From positions 1 through 64,000 of IMG/VR virus record IMGVR_UViG_3300028833_006001: 64,000 nucleotides of DNA; one strand, 5' to 3'. Shown here in pieces: positions 40,046 to 50,789 of the stretch (the first letter of the stretch is position 1; each line of letters opens with the position of its first letter). Source of the stretch: a virus. Lineage: Duplodnaviria; Heunggongvirae; Uroviricota; Caudoviricetes. The translations under genes were made by a program, and so were the position numbers. The notes beneath the pieces are model-generated. The model was given only the letters and a program-made list of their open reading frames with translations. It did not search any database and was not told the origin of the DNA.

Positions 40046-40259
40046 ATAAGTTCAACATTAGTAATTTTTGCATCATTCAAGTCATATTTATAACTAGCTA
40101 CATCAACAGCATCATATTCATCAGATACATTATTGATATAAACTTCACCTTTAGATGAATAACTATTACCAAATAAATAAGAAATTTTATAAGTTGCCAT
40201 ATATTATAATTTTAATTTATTATATATATTAATAATATAGAAAAAGAGATTGATTAAAC

Positions 40260-40910
40260 TCAATCTCTTTTTATTTTTTTATACCATTTTGGTTTTTTAA
40301 TTTTATCACATCCATAAAACATTTGTGTAAAAGGTCCTTCATGTTTTAAATTATCAAAATTTGTTTTTAAATTCTTGCATCCCCAAAACATATATTGTAT
40401 GTCAGCATATTTATTAATTTTCCACTGTGATAAATCAATATCTAAATTTTCACAATACATAAACATACTTTTAAAATTAGTACATGAACTTATATCCCAA
40501 TTTTCTAAACCTTCACCGATAAAGTTTTTACAACCTAAAAACATTGCATACATTTCTTTTACATTAGATACATCCCAAGAAGATAAATCACAGTCAAAAT
40601 AATCACATTCTCTAAACATTTGTTCCATATTTTTTACATTAGAAACATCCCAAGAAGATACATCTATAGATTCAATTTCAAGATTTTTATATTTCTTAAG
40701 ATCATAAAATATATCTGACATATCAGTTATTTCACTTGTATCTATACAATTAAGATTAAGATTAGGACCTCTTTCTTTATATAACTGTATGATTATTTCT
40801 TTTAATTCACTAGAATTTTTAGGGAAATAATCTTTTTTAATATTTTCCTTTTTTATATGTTCATTATCTAATTTTAATTTCTCATTAATATAATTTATTA
40901 TTTCTATCAT
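40260..40910 (-). CDS. leader-family (variant MIEIINYINEKLKLDNEHIK) DUF285/BspA-type LRR protein
   Basis: Repeats DVSSWDVSNVKNMEQMF and DLSSWDVSNVKEMYAMF. Confidence 0.65.
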   Translation of the reverse strand: MIEIINYINEKLKLDNEHIKKENIKKDYFPKNSSELKEIIIQLYKERGPNLNLNCIDTSEITDMSDIFYDLKKYKNLEIESIDVSSWDVSNVKNMEQMFRECDYFDCDLSSWDVSNVKEMYAMFLGCKNFIGEGLENWDISSCTNFKSMFMYCENLDIDLSQWKINKYADIQYMFWGCKNLKTNFDNLKHEGPFTQMFYGCDKIKKPKWYKKIKRD

Positions 40911-40911
40911 A

Positions 40912-41208
40912 TTAATTTTGTATATATTTCATTATAAATTCTGCTATTTGTTCTCTAATTTTTTGTTGTTTATCTTCTTGTAAAAATTCATCATCATCTG
41001 GTTGATATGCTAAATATTCTTTTGAATATTCTTGAGATAAACAATCAGAAAATCTTTTTAATCGTTTTGAATTATTAAGACCATTTAATAATTCTACAAT
41101 ATTATCTTTTGTAAGATGTTTACTTGCTTTAAAAATATCTAAAACAATAGTACACCAAAGTGGAATCTTATCTAATTCCTCATTTATATATTCATTAAAA
41201 TTTTTCAT
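40912..41208 (-). CDS. small protein with short-form leader (MKNFNEYINEEL)
   Basis: Leader pattern. Confidence 0.45.
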   Translation of the reverse strand: MKNFNEYINEELDKIPLWCTIVLDIFKASKHLTKDNIVELLNGLNNSKRLKRFSDCLSQEYSKEYLAYQPDDDEFLQEDKQQKIREQIAEFIMKYIQN

Positions 41209-41666
41209 TTTTCTATTAAAATTAAATGATTATAATCTGTTGTTAAATTTTCCATATATAAACCATATTTATTACCATATAGTCTAATAATATTTGTTTC
41301 TTTTAATAAATCTTTACGTCTTTTTAATTTATTACCAACAAAATAATCAACTTTATTTTCATCAATTATTATATCAATATCAATATCTGAGTTGTTTTCT
41401 AAATTATAATTTCTATTTACATAATACTTTAATTTCTTATTTCTAATATCATTATTTATTACCCATTCAGTTATATAAGTTGTAAAAATATTTTGAGGTA
41501 AATCATCAATTGATGTTGATTTTTTTATTTTATCTAATACTATTTTATTAGTAGTATCATCATTAAAAAATTTAACTATATTAATAACTAAATCATCAAT
41601 ATTTGATAATTTTGTATTTTGATTAAGATGAAGTTTCTCAATTATATATTTATTTATATTTTTCAT
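41205..41666 (-). CDS. leader-family protein (MKNINKYIIEKLHLNQNTK)
   Basis: Conserved leader. Confidence 0.6.
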   Translation of the reverse strand: MKNINKYIIEKLHLNQNTKLSNIDDLVINIVKFFNDDTTNKIVLDKIKKSTSIDDLPQNIFTTYITEWVINNDIRNKKLKYYVNRNYNLENNSDIDIDIIIDENKVDYFVGNKLKRRKDLLKETNIIRLYGNKYGLYMENLTTDYNHLILIEK

Positions 41667-42028
41667 TAAAATTTTAATCTTTTAAATTTATAAGGATTAA
41701 TGTCTCCATCATTTAATTTTATAATTAAATCTTGTAAAGAATTAATTTTATTATCAATTTCAAAACATTGTACATCTGAATAATCTTCATCAAAATTATC
41801 TAAAAATTCTTTAGCATCATCTTTTTTTATAACATATATATATTGTTGAATTGCTTTAGAATATACTTTATTTAATTTATATTTTTCTTCAAATTCAGCA
41901 TTTAAAGTTATATAATTCTTTTCAAATAATATGTTTTTAAATATTATACAATATTCATCAATATTATCTGTCTTAATATTTTTGTTAAGATGTAATTTTT
42001 CAGTTATATATGTTGTTAATTCTTTCAT
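41666..42028 (-). CDS. leader-family protein (MKELTTYITEKLHLNKNIK)
   Basis: Conserved leader. Confidence 0.6.
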   Translation of the reverse strand: MKELTTYITEKLHLNKNIKTDNIDEYCIIFKNILFEKNYITLNAEFEEKYKLNKVYSKAIQQYIYVIKKDDAKEFLDNFDEDYSDVQCFEIDNKINSLQDLIIKLNDGDINPYKFKRLKF

Positions 42029-42042
42029 ATTTAAAAATAATA

Positions 42043-43674
42043 TTATGGAGTTATAAGACCATTCATATCTATAATTTTTCTAGCAGTGTCATTAACTAAA
42101 AGATTAGAATTAGTTGGGTACATTTGAAGAATTTCACTTACACTGTCTATATAAATATCAAATATTTTAATATTTGTTATATCACCATAAAATGATGACA
42201 ATACAATTTCTGATTTATTTTCTACAGTTAATTCAATATTATATTTAGATACTGATTTTATAGAATTATCTATATCAAACCAATAATGATGGTTTTGAAG
42301 TTTATATAATGGCAAATCAGCATGTATATATTCTGAAGCAGAAAATTCAGAAATATTTAAATCTTTACTATATCTGAAATATACAAAATATGTTTTATTA
42401 GGAGTTAAATCTAATGACATATTCTCAACATTTATAAATGTTAATTTACAATTAGTTTGTGTCTGTTTTATTTTAATTTTTAAATGTCCAACTTCTAATA
42501 AGGTACCATTATATATTTCTGCTTTAGGTTTTATAATAAATGAAAATGTTCCTTGATCTCCGCAGAATGTTCTTTGATATACAATTTTACCTTTATTAAA
42601 TCCATTGAATGAATAAATGTCATCACTAATCATAGTTCCTCTAAAATAAAGTAATCCTTGTTTAAAATCAATTGCATCAACAGATACATATTTTCTTGTA
42701 GAATCACTTTCAAATACTGGATATAATGTATCTGGATTATATGATGGTGCATCTACTGATTCTTGTCCAGAACCTATATTTTCTTCATCACCAAAAAGGT
42801 CTTCATATTTATTCTTTACAAAACTATTAACCATAGCTTCTGTATCTTTAAGATCAACACTATCTTTTTCTTGATATTTAACAAGAGTTACATGAAAGGT
42901 TGTAGCATTCCACATAAAAGCATCTTTCTTTTCTTCATATGCTTCATTTACCATCCACATTCTTTTCATCATAGGAATATAAATCAAATCACCTTCAGTT
43001 GGTTGAGCATTATTACCAAAAGCTGTTGCAAACATACCCTTTGATATTTCAGTTTCCCAGTCAGTCTGCCAATCAAGCCCCCAGTCATTGAATTCTGGTT
43101 TTGATGAAGGCATTTGGTTATCAGCTATTATAATTTTAATCTGTTTAACTGATTCAACATTCATAAGAGCATATTCTTTAAATGTTATATCTTTACTTCC
43201 TGCATCAGGAGATAATTTGAAATAATAACAAGGAATACCAATTACACAAGCAACAGTTTCTGTCAATTGTTGTTGAAGAGATATTGCACAATCCATATTT
43301 ATATAAGGATTATACATATTCTTTGAAGATACTCCACTTGAACAATAACTAAATGTAAATCCACTTTCAATACTTGTTGTATAGTCATAAAAATTAACAC
43401 CATTTATTATAACTCCATTTACTTGACCATTTACTCTTACTCTTATATAAAAATCATTTTTTAATTCAATAGTATTAGATATAAATGTATCAAAATCCAT
43501 ATAGCAAGACCAGCATAATGAATCTACACTATATGCAAATTTTAATACAGAATTATCATAAGCATTATTACATGAATCAAGTATTTGTATATTACTTAAA
43601 TCATTGAATGCAAAATTTATATTAACAATTTGTGAAGGAGAACATCCTTCTAAACAAGTATTTTGAAAGTTCAT
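42043..43674 (-). CDS. hypothetical protein (543 aa), possible virion component
   Basis: Large ORF inside the array without a leader. Cys-containing N-terminus. No motif recognised. Confidence 0.35.
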   Translation of the reverse strand: MNFQNTCLEGCSPSQIVNINFAFNDLSNIQILDSCNNAYDNSVLKFAYSVDSLCWSCYMDFDTFISNTIELKNDFYIRVRVNGQVNGVIINGVNFYDYTTSIESGFTFSYCSSGVSSKNMYNPYINMDCAISLQQQLTETVACVIGIPCYYFKLSPDAGSKDITFKEYALMNVESVKQIKIIIADNQMPSSKPEFNDWGLDWQTDWETEISKGMFATAFGNNAQPTEGDLIYIPMMKRMWMVNEAYEEKKDAFMWNATTFHVTLVKYQEKDSVDLKDTEAMVNSFVKNKYEDLFGDEENIGSGQESVDAPSYNPDTLYPVFESDSTRKYVSVDAIDFKQGLLYFRGTMISDDIYSFNGFNKGKIVYQRTFCGDQGTFSFIIKPKAEIYNGTLLEVGHLKIKIKQTQTNCKLTFINVENMSLDLTPNKTYFVYFRYSKDLNISEFSASEYIHADLPLYKLQNHHYWFDIDNSIKSVSKYNIELTVENKSEIVLSSFYGDITNIKIFDIYIDSVSEILQMYPTNSNLLVNDTARKIIDMNGLITP

Positions 43675-43677
43675 ATT

Positions 43678-45534
43678 TTAACTAAATAATTTTGTAGTGA
43701 AATTTCCAAACATCATTTTATCATAAGATGATGTTTCTTTTGATCCTGTCTCTTTTAAAACATAATTTTCTTTTTCTTCTGTAGGTATTGTATTATTTAA
43801 TGTTTCAGGTATATCAACTTCTTCTCCATCAAATACACTATCAACAAATTCTCTATATTTATTTTCATTATTTGATCCTTTTGCTAAATTCCAACCAATA
43901 ATACCAGGACATGCTTTACCCATAATATCATAGTGTCTTATAATATGTTCTTTAGGTATATTAAATTCTTTAACTAATAATTTGCATAAATATCTTGTAT
44001 TTGAAAGTACAGAACTTGTAAATTTAAAGTGAGGATCATTTGGAACCCATTTACCACCAGGTTCAAGTGTTGATGACATTTCAATAGATACAGAATTATC
44101 ATTATTAGCACCTTTACCAGCAGGTGTACCACTTGCACTCCATGCTTGTACAGCAGTACTTCTCCATTTTGTTATATCTTCTGCAAATTGCAAGATATTA
44201 TCATCATCAACAGCAAAGTCAGAACTAAATCCTCTTGTATCAAGAGTTTTTACAGTAACCATAGAATTATTCTTACCAGATGTTGTTGATGCTGAATAGT
44301 GTAAAATAATATATTGTATAGGACTTTTTCTTCTATACATATTTTCTGTATGATTAATGATTGTAATTCCTTTAGCATTAGGCTTTTCAGCAATAATTGG
44401 TAAACTCTTTCCTTTATATGTTTTACTGTCAAATGAATTTTCTAAATTCATCATTGACAAATGACCATAATCAGGAAATATATCAGCTAATGATAAATCA
44501 TCTACAGGTACACCACAACAAAACTGTGACAATAATTTAGCAATTAATAAAGAGAGAATAAAACCATTTGTTATTTCTTCTTTATACTTACCATTTAATA
44601 ATTCTGTTTCTGTTTCTTTTTGTACTTTTTCTTCAACTGATTCAAATGATTTAGAATAATCATAAGCTTCAGGTAAAAGATATCCAGCATATAATAAAAG
44701 GTGGTCATCATCTTTTGGATCATCTGATTCAACTGGGCGCTGACTATACATTAAATATTCTAATAAAGTCTTTTCATCTAATGGATTTTTTTCACTTTCA
44801 TTAATCAATAAATATAATATTTCAATCCAAGTACTTAAATCAAGCATATATAATAATCCATACTTACCAGTTTTATATTTAGATTCATTAGTAGGTATAG
44901 ACTTTACATTATTTGGATTTATTTCAAATGATGCATATTTATTTAATCCTAATTTATTAATAATGTTTAATTTTTGCGGCCATTTATTAATAGCTAATAA
45001 TCCTTCTTTTCTTGTTGTCCAATTATTTTTACCAACTTCTGTTGGATCAAAATAGTTTGGGTCCCATTTACTTTTAGCATATAACATACCACATATCATA
45101 TATGCTGATTGAGATGGAAAACCTCTTTTTATTAAAATATCATATAAATCTTTTCCTAAATATAATTCTTCAATACTATGAGGAAAATTAGTTTCATAAA
45201 CATTAAACTTTAATGAATCTCTTATATTATCTTGAATATATTTAATTAAATCTGGAGGAATAACAAAAAATTGGTCTTCATTATATGTCATTGCTATAGT
45301 ACCTTCAACTGAAAGATTACTATAATCATATCCCATTACATTTTTTATTATAAAATTCTTAAATTCAATATTATCATTATTATGATTTTGTGGAATAACA
45401 TTATTGAATTCATCACCAAATTCTGAAAAGTATAGACCTAATAAATTAGAACGAATATTAGATATTGTTTTATAAATTATATCTTCATTTCGTTCTGAAA
45501 TCCATTGTATTTTAACACTTTCTTTAGGGTCCAT
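43678..45534 (-). CDS. 618-aa protein with C-terminal N-acetylmuramoyl-L-alanine amidase (Amidase_2/PGRP) domain
   Basis: C-terminal YIILHYSASTT...DFAVDDD...HYDIMGKACPG is typical of T7-lysozyme/PGRP zinc amidases (H...H...C). The N-terminal 400 aa are unknown. Confidence 0.65.
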   Translation of the reverse strand: MDPKESVKIQWISERNEDIIYKTISNIRSNLLGLYFSEFGDEFNNVIPQNHNNDNIEFKNFIIKNVMGYDYSNLSVEGTIAMTYNEDQFFVIPPDLIKYIQDNIRDSLKFNVYETNFPHSIEELYLGKDLYDILIKRGFPSQSAYMICGMLYAKSKWDPNYFDPTEVGKNNWTTRKEGLLAINKWPQKLNIINKLGLNKYASFEINPNNVKSIPTNESKYKTGKYGLLYMLDLSTWIEILYLLINESEKNPLDEKTLLEYLMYSQRPVESDDPKDDDHLLLYAGYLLPEAYDYSKSFESVEEKVQKETETELLNGKYKEEITNGFILSLLIAKLLSQFCCGVPVDDLSLADIFPDYGHLSMMNLENSFDSKTYKGKSLPIIAEKPNAKGITIINHTENMYRRKSPIQYIILHYSASTTSGKNNSMVTVKTLDTRGFSSDFAVDDDNILQFAEDITKWRSTAVQAWSASGTPAGKGANNDNSVSIEMSSTLEPGGKWVPNDPHFKFTSSVLSNTRYLCKLLVKEFNIPKEHIIRHYDIMGKACPGIIGWNLAKGSNNENKYREFVDSVFDGEEVDIPETLNNTIPTEEKENYVLKETGSKETSSYDKMMFGNFTTKLFS

Positions 45535-45550
45535 AACTATATAAAAATAA

Positions 45551-45580
45551 AAAATCAGAGTTATTAGCTCTGATTTTAAT
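45551..45580 (-). terminator. rho-independent terminator
   Basis: AAAATCAGAG-TTATTAG-CTCTGATTTT palindrome after the stop of 45601..46437. Confidence 0.6.
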
Positions 45581-45600
45581 ATAATGTATTTTACATTTTA

Positions 45601-46437
45601 TTATTCTTTGACACTACTTAATAATGTACTTAAAATTTGTGAAGAATGATTAAGTTCACCAATAATCTTAGCTTTAGAAGGATGTTCTTTTTCATCTTTC
45701 CAGAATAATGATAATATACCAAGTGGACCATAAAGACCTTCAAGAATTAAGAATGAACCAAAGTTAACTTCAACATATCTTAATTTAGCAGCGAAATAAG
45801 GATCATCTTTTTCAACTTCATCAACTGAACCTATCCATGTATTATCTTTCCAGTGTACTGCGCAGAATGAAAGTTTAGCAAGATTTAAATTCTTAAATTC
45901 ATCTTTAGCATAACTTATTCTATTACTAATTTGTTCATATGACATATCAGCATATACAAATGGAAGACCTGAGAAATTATTTGTACCATTGTGTAATTCA
46001 AGAATTGCAGCTCTATCAGCATCAAGTCTTATTATTAAATCTTTTAATTCATTATCTATTAAATGATTTACTTCTAATCTTTTTATTGCTAAATCTGCAT
46101 GTTTTCTTCTTGATTCTTCTGTTTTACGAGTAATAGCTTCTTCATATTCACTTATTCTTTCTTCTTTGTTATTATTCATATTATCTTTTTGTAAACTCTT
46201 TGAAAGCTGATAAAAACCACAAATAACAAAAAACAATGATAATACTACCCATAAACTATTTATACTAAAATTAGCGAAAAATTCTTCTGGATTAGATATA
46301 GCTGTTGGATTGGTTAATATAAATACACCAATAAACATAAGGATAATCATCCCAATATTCTTTAAAAAATAACCAAATCCTTTATTAGTTGTTTTTTCTA
46401 ATTCATTCTTTAATTTTGTTACATCATTAATATTCAT
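45601..46437 (-). CDS. membrane protein (2 transmembrane segments) with coiled-coil cytoplasmic region
   Basis: IGMIILMFIGVFIL and LWVVLSLFFVICGFY hydrophobic helices. Confidence 0.4.
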   Translation of the reverse strand: MNINDVTKLKNELEKTTNKGFGYFLKNIGMIILMFIGVFILTNPTAISNPEEFFANFSINSLWVVLSLFFVICGFYQLSKSLQKDNMNNNKEERISEYEEAITRKTEESRRKHADLAIKRLEVNHLIDNELKDLIIRLDADRAAILELHNGTNNFSGLPFVYADMSYEQISNRISYAKDEFKNLNLAKLSFCAVHWKDNTWIGSVDEVEKDDPYFAAKLRYVEVNFGSFLILEGLYGPLGILSLFWKDEKEHPSKAKIIGELNHSSQILSTLLSSVKE

Positions 46438-46537
46438 TTTAAAAATTAAGCTAATTTAGTATAAAACTTTTCACATAATATACATAAATTTTACTCAACT
46501 TTATAATTAAAAATAATATAAAACTAACCAAAAATAA

Positions 46538-46571
46538 AAAGATGTGTTTAATAAATATTAAACACATCTTT
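46538..46571 (-). terminator. rho-independent terminator (16-bp perfect palindrome)
   Basis: AAAGATGTGTTTAATA-AA-TATTAAACACATCTTT, followed by a U-rich run on the minus strand after the dNMP kinase gene. Confidence 0.75.
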
Positions 46572-46595
46572 AATAATAAAAATATATAATAATAA

Positions 46596-47687
46596 TTAGT
46601 TATAATAAGATTCTTCTGAACTATCTATTTTTGATGTATAAATTAAGAACTTTGTTGACTTTTCATCAAACTCAATCTTTGTACAAACATATTTAACATC
46701 TGACTGTATAGGAATAATTTTATTAATTTCAATGCTTGGTCCACCTATAGGATCAACCATATAAATTTCTCCTTCATTTTTGTAAATCTGTTGTATTGGA
46801 TATTGTGTACATAATTTATATACATTATTCCATTGATGTTCTTCTGAATATTCATAAATTAATCTTAAATAATTATTGACATCATCTCTTGTCTGTAATG
46901 TCAACATCATATTATTGAATTCAATATTATTATGAAGAATATTCCAGATTTTTTCAAACAACTCATCATATGTACCATTATTTGTAATGATATAATCCCA
47001 TCTATCTTCTTCATCAAGATCATGCTCAGCAACATTATCAAGTTGTTGTACATCATCTCTTACAATTGAAATAGTTATACCATTGTTTTTATGAATATAA
47101 TTTATTTCATGATTAAATCTTATATCAGTTAAAAGAACATATTTAAGATTATTATTTATATTCTGTTGATTTTTAATAAGATTTCTAACAATGTTTACAA
47201 ATACATTTTTATTTAAATCTTGTTGAAGTACATATGTTCCGACATAAACAAGAATTTCACGTAAACTCATCCAATATTTATCTTCAGATGCTTTATATGC
47301 AGAAATATTATTATAATATTCTTCAGAAGTTACGATATAATTATCAAGAGGTTTTATTTCTGTATATTTAAAATCTTTATTTATACATACCCAACCAGTA
47401 GATTTATTTTGATAAAATCTATTTACTGGTATACCAAAAATATTTGAACAAATAATTTTTAATTGATCTGCAAAAGCAACACAATATACTGGTTTATTAT
47501 CATTTAAATTTTCATTAGGATTAAATGTTGCAGATATTGTAGGAGAAGTATATACTGATTTATAATATTGTTTACATTCTTCTAAATTATTCCAATTAAA
47601 ATTTAATATTGTTTTAATCATTTTTGCTACAGTATCTTTACCACTTCCGGCAAATCCATTAAGACCTATATATAACAAATTTGACAT
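46596..47687 (-). CDS. deoxynucleoside monophosphate kinase (T4 gp1-like) with about 100-aa C-terminal extension
   Basis: The P-loop GFAGSGKDT matches T4 gp1 GVKRSGKDT. LTDIRFNHEINYIHKNNGITISIVR...YIITNNGTYDELFEKIWNIL aligns to gp1 VPDTRQDHEMDAARAMGATVIHVVR...LVITNDGSLEELFSKIKNTL. Confidence 0.75.
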   Translation of the reverse strand: MSNLLYIGLNGFAGSGKDTVAKMIKTILNFNWNNLEECKQYYKSVYTSPTISATFNPNENLNDNKPVYCVAFADQLKIICSNIFGIPVNRFYQNKSTGWVCINKDFKYTEIKPLDNYIVTSEEYYNNISAYKASEDKYWMSLREILVYVGTYVLQQDLNKNVFVNIVRNLIKNQQNINNNLKYVLLTDIRFNHEINYIHKNNGITISIVRDDVQQLDNVAEHDLDEEDRWDYIITNNGTYDELFEKIWNILHNNIEFNNMMLTLQTRDDVNNYLRLIYEYSEEHQWNNVYKLCTQYPIQQIYKNEGEIYMVDPIGGPSIEINKIIPIQSDVKYVCTKIEFDEKSTKFLIYTSKIDSSEESYYN

Positions 47688-47750
47688 TTCTATTACTATA
47701 TATTTTTATTATATAATATAGAAATGTCAATATAATATATTCAATTTAAA

Positions 47751-49850
47751 CTACTTTGGTTGATCTTTTTGCTCTGCTGTTTTAGTTTTTAATTTCTTAT
47801 TACCTTCATTAGCTGATGGTAATGTACTTGCCCACATTGTAGCAAATTGATTAGCAGTATAAAGTATATTAGCATAATTATTATTTCCACCAGAATTCAT
47901 AATCATATTTATTGGTTTACCATCATCATCTGTATAATTATTACCACTTTCATCTTTATTTATTTCTAAGTTACTAATCATAGAAGGATATTCAGATGAT
48001 GCAAGAGGAACACCAAGACCAACACGACCCATAGTATACATCTTACCAATTTCCATCATATCTCTTGCTTTACCATGTTTAAGATTAACAGTAACTTTAA
48101 CTCCTGTTGGGAAATCATCAAGACCAAGAGGACCATATTGTTGAATTGTACTACCATCAATAATTAAATTACCTATACTCATTATAGGATTTCTTGGATT
48201 ACCTATTGTTAAATGCCAAAGTCCTACAGGATCACCTGTAAGAACAGAATCTGTTGCATAAATAGCTGGACGACCAAGTTTATTTTTCACCATATTTTTT
48301 AATATGTTACCAACACCTAATTTTGTTGCACCATCTCCTAATTTCTTTAAAAATGCTTGTGGATCATTTAACCATTCACCAAGAGTATTCATTGCTGAAG
48401 TACCTATATTTTCTATTTTTGACCAAGCATCAGCAAACCAATTACCAATATCTAATTCACCTGAACATAATTTAGTAAATGTATCTGTTAATTTATCCCA
48501 AGTATTATCTATCATAGCATTAGCTGTTCTCCATGCTTTTTTATTTGATGGAGCACCTATCCACCATACTCTACCACCCCAGAAATTACCCTTACGATAT
48601 GTAACATGTTGAATATTATTTATTAAATCTAAAAAAGCTGTTCTAGGATTTATATTTTCATATGCTCTTAATTCATAGTCAAATGTTAATGAAAATTCTT
48701 GACTAAATGTTAATTCACCTTCATATAAATGAGTATCTCTTGTTGTTCCTTTAGGTTCATAAATTCTATTATTATCATATCTTGTATAAAGAGCTGTATA
48801 ATTATCACCTACACCAACAGTATTAGCTCCTGTCAATGCTTTACCAAAAAGTTCGGCAGATGAAGGAGGATTTTGATCAAATACCATTCCTAATAATTTA
48901 TTTTGATTACCCCAAGCTTTTGCAATACCACTTCTATATTTTGGATTTGCTAAATTAATTGCAGCTCCAAGAATACCCCTAAATTCATTATCTTCTCTAC
49001 TAGTTGTATCATTATCAATAAATTTACCTTTTCTTTCAACAAATGAATCTTTATAATTATATTTTAATATATCTTCAAGTTTATTTGTATCATCCATCCA
49101 AGTAACAAGACGTCCAATATCACCAGAAATATCTGGTCCACCAATTTCTTTCTGATCAATACTCCATATATCATCTCCAATAGGAATAGGAAATCTTCTT
49201 AATGTTAATAAACGGTTATTAGAATATTTACCTAAATTTTTACAATACATAAAATCAGAATATTTAAATATTCCTCTACCTAATTTACCTTCATCAGATA
49301 ATTTTACTAATGTTTTTATAGAGCAATCACTTAAATCAGTATCATAATCATTTGCTCCATATTGTTTACCTTTATAATTATGTCTAGTATCACCATTAAG
49401 TATAGGAGTATTACCATCCATGCCTATTATATCAATACCATAAAGTGGATTAAATAATGATGGAACAACAGGAAGTTTGAATATAATACCATCTACTATA
49501 TCATTTTGATTTTCATCTTGACCAGTGATACCATATTCACCTGTAATATATGCAGGATTTTTATAAACAAAATGATAATTTTTTGTAGCAGTATTTAATA
49601 CTTCTTCAGATAATTTAAATGGATTTTCATAAATAAAATTATCCTTTTGATTATAATTACCAACTTGTTGTAACTCTGTAGAATTAATTTCATTAGTAAA
49701 TGTTATTTTACCAATGTTTTCTTTATAATATGATGAATATGGATTTCTATTTAAATGATCTTCTTGAAGTTTCTTATTTGCATTTTGAGTTTCTCTTGCA
49801 GAATTCCAACCTTCTTTAAAAGCACCACCTATACTACTAAATACTCCCAT
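47751..49850 (-). CDS. hypothetical protein (699 aa), possible virion component
   Basis: Large ORF. Gly- and Asn-rich. No motif recognised. Confidence 0.35.
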   Translation of the reverse strand: MGVFSSIGGAFKEGWNSARETQNANKKLQEDHLNRNPYSSYYKENIGKITFTNEINSTELQQVGNYNQKDNFIYENPFKLSEEVLNTATKNYHFVYKNPAYITGEYGITGQDENQNDIVDGIIFKLPVVPSLFNPLYGIDIIGMDGNTPILNGDTRHNYKGKQYGANDYDTDLSDCSIKTLVKLSDEGKLGRGIFKYSDFMYCKNLGKYSNNRLLTLRRFPIPIGDDIWSIDQKEIGGPDISGDIGRLVTWMDDTNKLEDILKYNYKDSFVERKGKFIDNDTTSREDNEFRGILGAAINLANPKYRSGIAKAWGNQNKLLGMVFDQNPPSSAELFGKALTGANTVGVGDNYTALYTRYDNNRIYEPKGTTRDTHLYEGELTFSQEFSLTFDYELRAYENINPRTAFLDLINNIQHVTYRKGNFWGGRVWWIGAPSNKKAWRTANAMIDNTWDKLTDTFTKLCSGELDIGNWFADAWSKIENIGTSAMNTLGEWLNDPQAFLKKLGDGATKLGVGNILKNMVKNKLGRPAIYATDSVLTGDPVGLWHLTIGNPRNPIMSIGNLIIDGSTIQQYGPLGLDDFPTGVKVTVNLKHGKARDMMEIGKMYTMGRVGLGVPLASSEYPSMISNLEINKDESGNNYTDDDGKPINMIMNSGGNNNYANILYTANQFATMWASTLPSANEGNKKLKTKTAEQKDQPK

Positions 49851-49885
49851 TTGTTAAAATATATATTAATATATATAAAAATAAA

Positions 49886-49910
49886 AAAGACTAATAAAAT
49901 ATTAGTCTTT
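49886..49910 (-). terminator. rho-independent terminator after the lysozyme gene
   Basis: AAGACTAAT-AAAAT-ATTAGTCTT with a U-run on the minus strand. Confidence 0.65.
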
Positions 49911-49933
49911 ATAAATTATATATTTAATATATT

Positions 49934-50455
49934 TTACTTTAACATCATAAGATGTTCATCATGACGACGTTTAATATGTCCTGGAGATGAAATTTTAGAT
50001 TCTTTAACACCAGCTATTGTAAAATTAAAATCAGCTTCATTCATTACACCATTTTTAACTCTACATTTAAGAAGTCTCTTATAAAATGTTGAGGTCTTAA
50101 CACCTCTTTCTCCACAATTATAAACTAGTGAATAAAGACCATCAATAAATCCCTGAGAGAATTCATATTCATAAGGAAGAGCCTCAATAAGTCGTTTTAC
50201 ACTTCCTTTAAATTTATTAATGTCTTTTTTAAAATATTCATCAGCTTCTTTTTCAGTGATTGTCATACCTTCATAAACATCACTCCCATGATGACCATAA
50301 CCAATACTCCAACCATTTGCATCTTTATATGCTGTTAAAGAACAAGATTCATATTTTTTAATATGATTAATTCCTTGTTTAGAAATATTATAAGTATTTG
50401 CAAAAGCACTAATACTAAATACAATAAAAAATAAAAGATTAATAATTTTTTTCAT
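49934..50455 (-). CDS. GH24 phage lysozyme with N-terminal signal peptide
   Basis: Signal peptide MKKIINLLFFIVFSISAFA. The catalytic region KKYESCSLTAYKDANGWSIGYGH matches the T4 lysozyme E-x8-D-x5-T pattern ([21 protein letters not shown]). Confidence 0.75.
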   Translation of the reverse strand: MKKIINLLFFIVFSISAFANTYNISKQGINHIKKYESCSLTAYKDANGWSIGYGHHGSDVYEGMTITEKEADEYFKKDINKFKGSVKRLIEALPYEYEFSQGFIDGLYSLVYNCGERGVKTSTFYKRLLKCRVKNGVMNEADFNFTIAGVKESKISSPGHIKRRHDEHLMMLK

Positions 50456-50461
50456 ATTTTA

Positions 50462-50707
50462 TTATTCAAAAATTTTCCACATCGTATATTTTAAATCGAT
50501 ATTATGAATATACTCAGTAAATTCTTTATCATAAATAGGATAACTATCATTAGAAAGATATAAAGAATGAATGAAAATGCAATCAAAATTCATTTCTATT
50601 TCATCAATAATTGAATTAACCATATCAATGTTGTTTCTTTTCCAGAAGAAATACATTGCATTAATTTCATTATTGAATTCATTCAGAAATTTTATACCAG
50701 TTTTCAT
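50462..50707 (-). CDS. hypothetical protein (81 aa)
   Basis: ORF only. Confidence 0.3.
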   Translation of the reverse strand: MKTGIKFLNEFNNEINAMYFFWKRNNIDMVNSIIDEIEMNFDCIFIHSLYLSNDSYPIYDKEFTEYIHNIDLKYTMWKIFE

Positions 50708-50754
50708 AATGTTGTTTATTAAATTACATTAATAATATAGAAATAAAATAAAAA

Positions 50755-50783
50755 AATTCAAAGATTTTATTTCTTTGAATTTT
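50755..50783 (-). terminator. rho-independent terminator
   Basis: AATTCAAAG-ATTTTATTT-CTTTGAATT followed by TTTTTTTATTTT on the minus strand. Confidence 0.6.
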
Positions 50784-50789
50784 AATTTA

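Noticed and set aside
40039-40200. 54-aa minus-strand ORF (MATYKISYLFGNSYSSKGEVYINN...) in the gap upstream of 39731..40045
   Set aside because: It has plausible start and stop coordinates but no motif or leader, and it is below the ORF-track cutoff. I have insufficient evidence to call it a gene, so it is recorded only here.
21034-49964. Other antisense mini-ORFs (21034..21303, 24661..24888, 25311..25493, 27046..27237, 28239..28472, 28711..28905, 31184..31405, 33417..33641, 35034..35479, 35655..35954, 36457..36675, 38758..38958, 40375..40602, 42763..43044, 44250..44432, 45939..46133, 48304..48612, 49755..49964)
   Set aside because: All overlap strongly supported genes on the other strand or frame. 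None shows a start context or recognisable motifs. Treated as noise.
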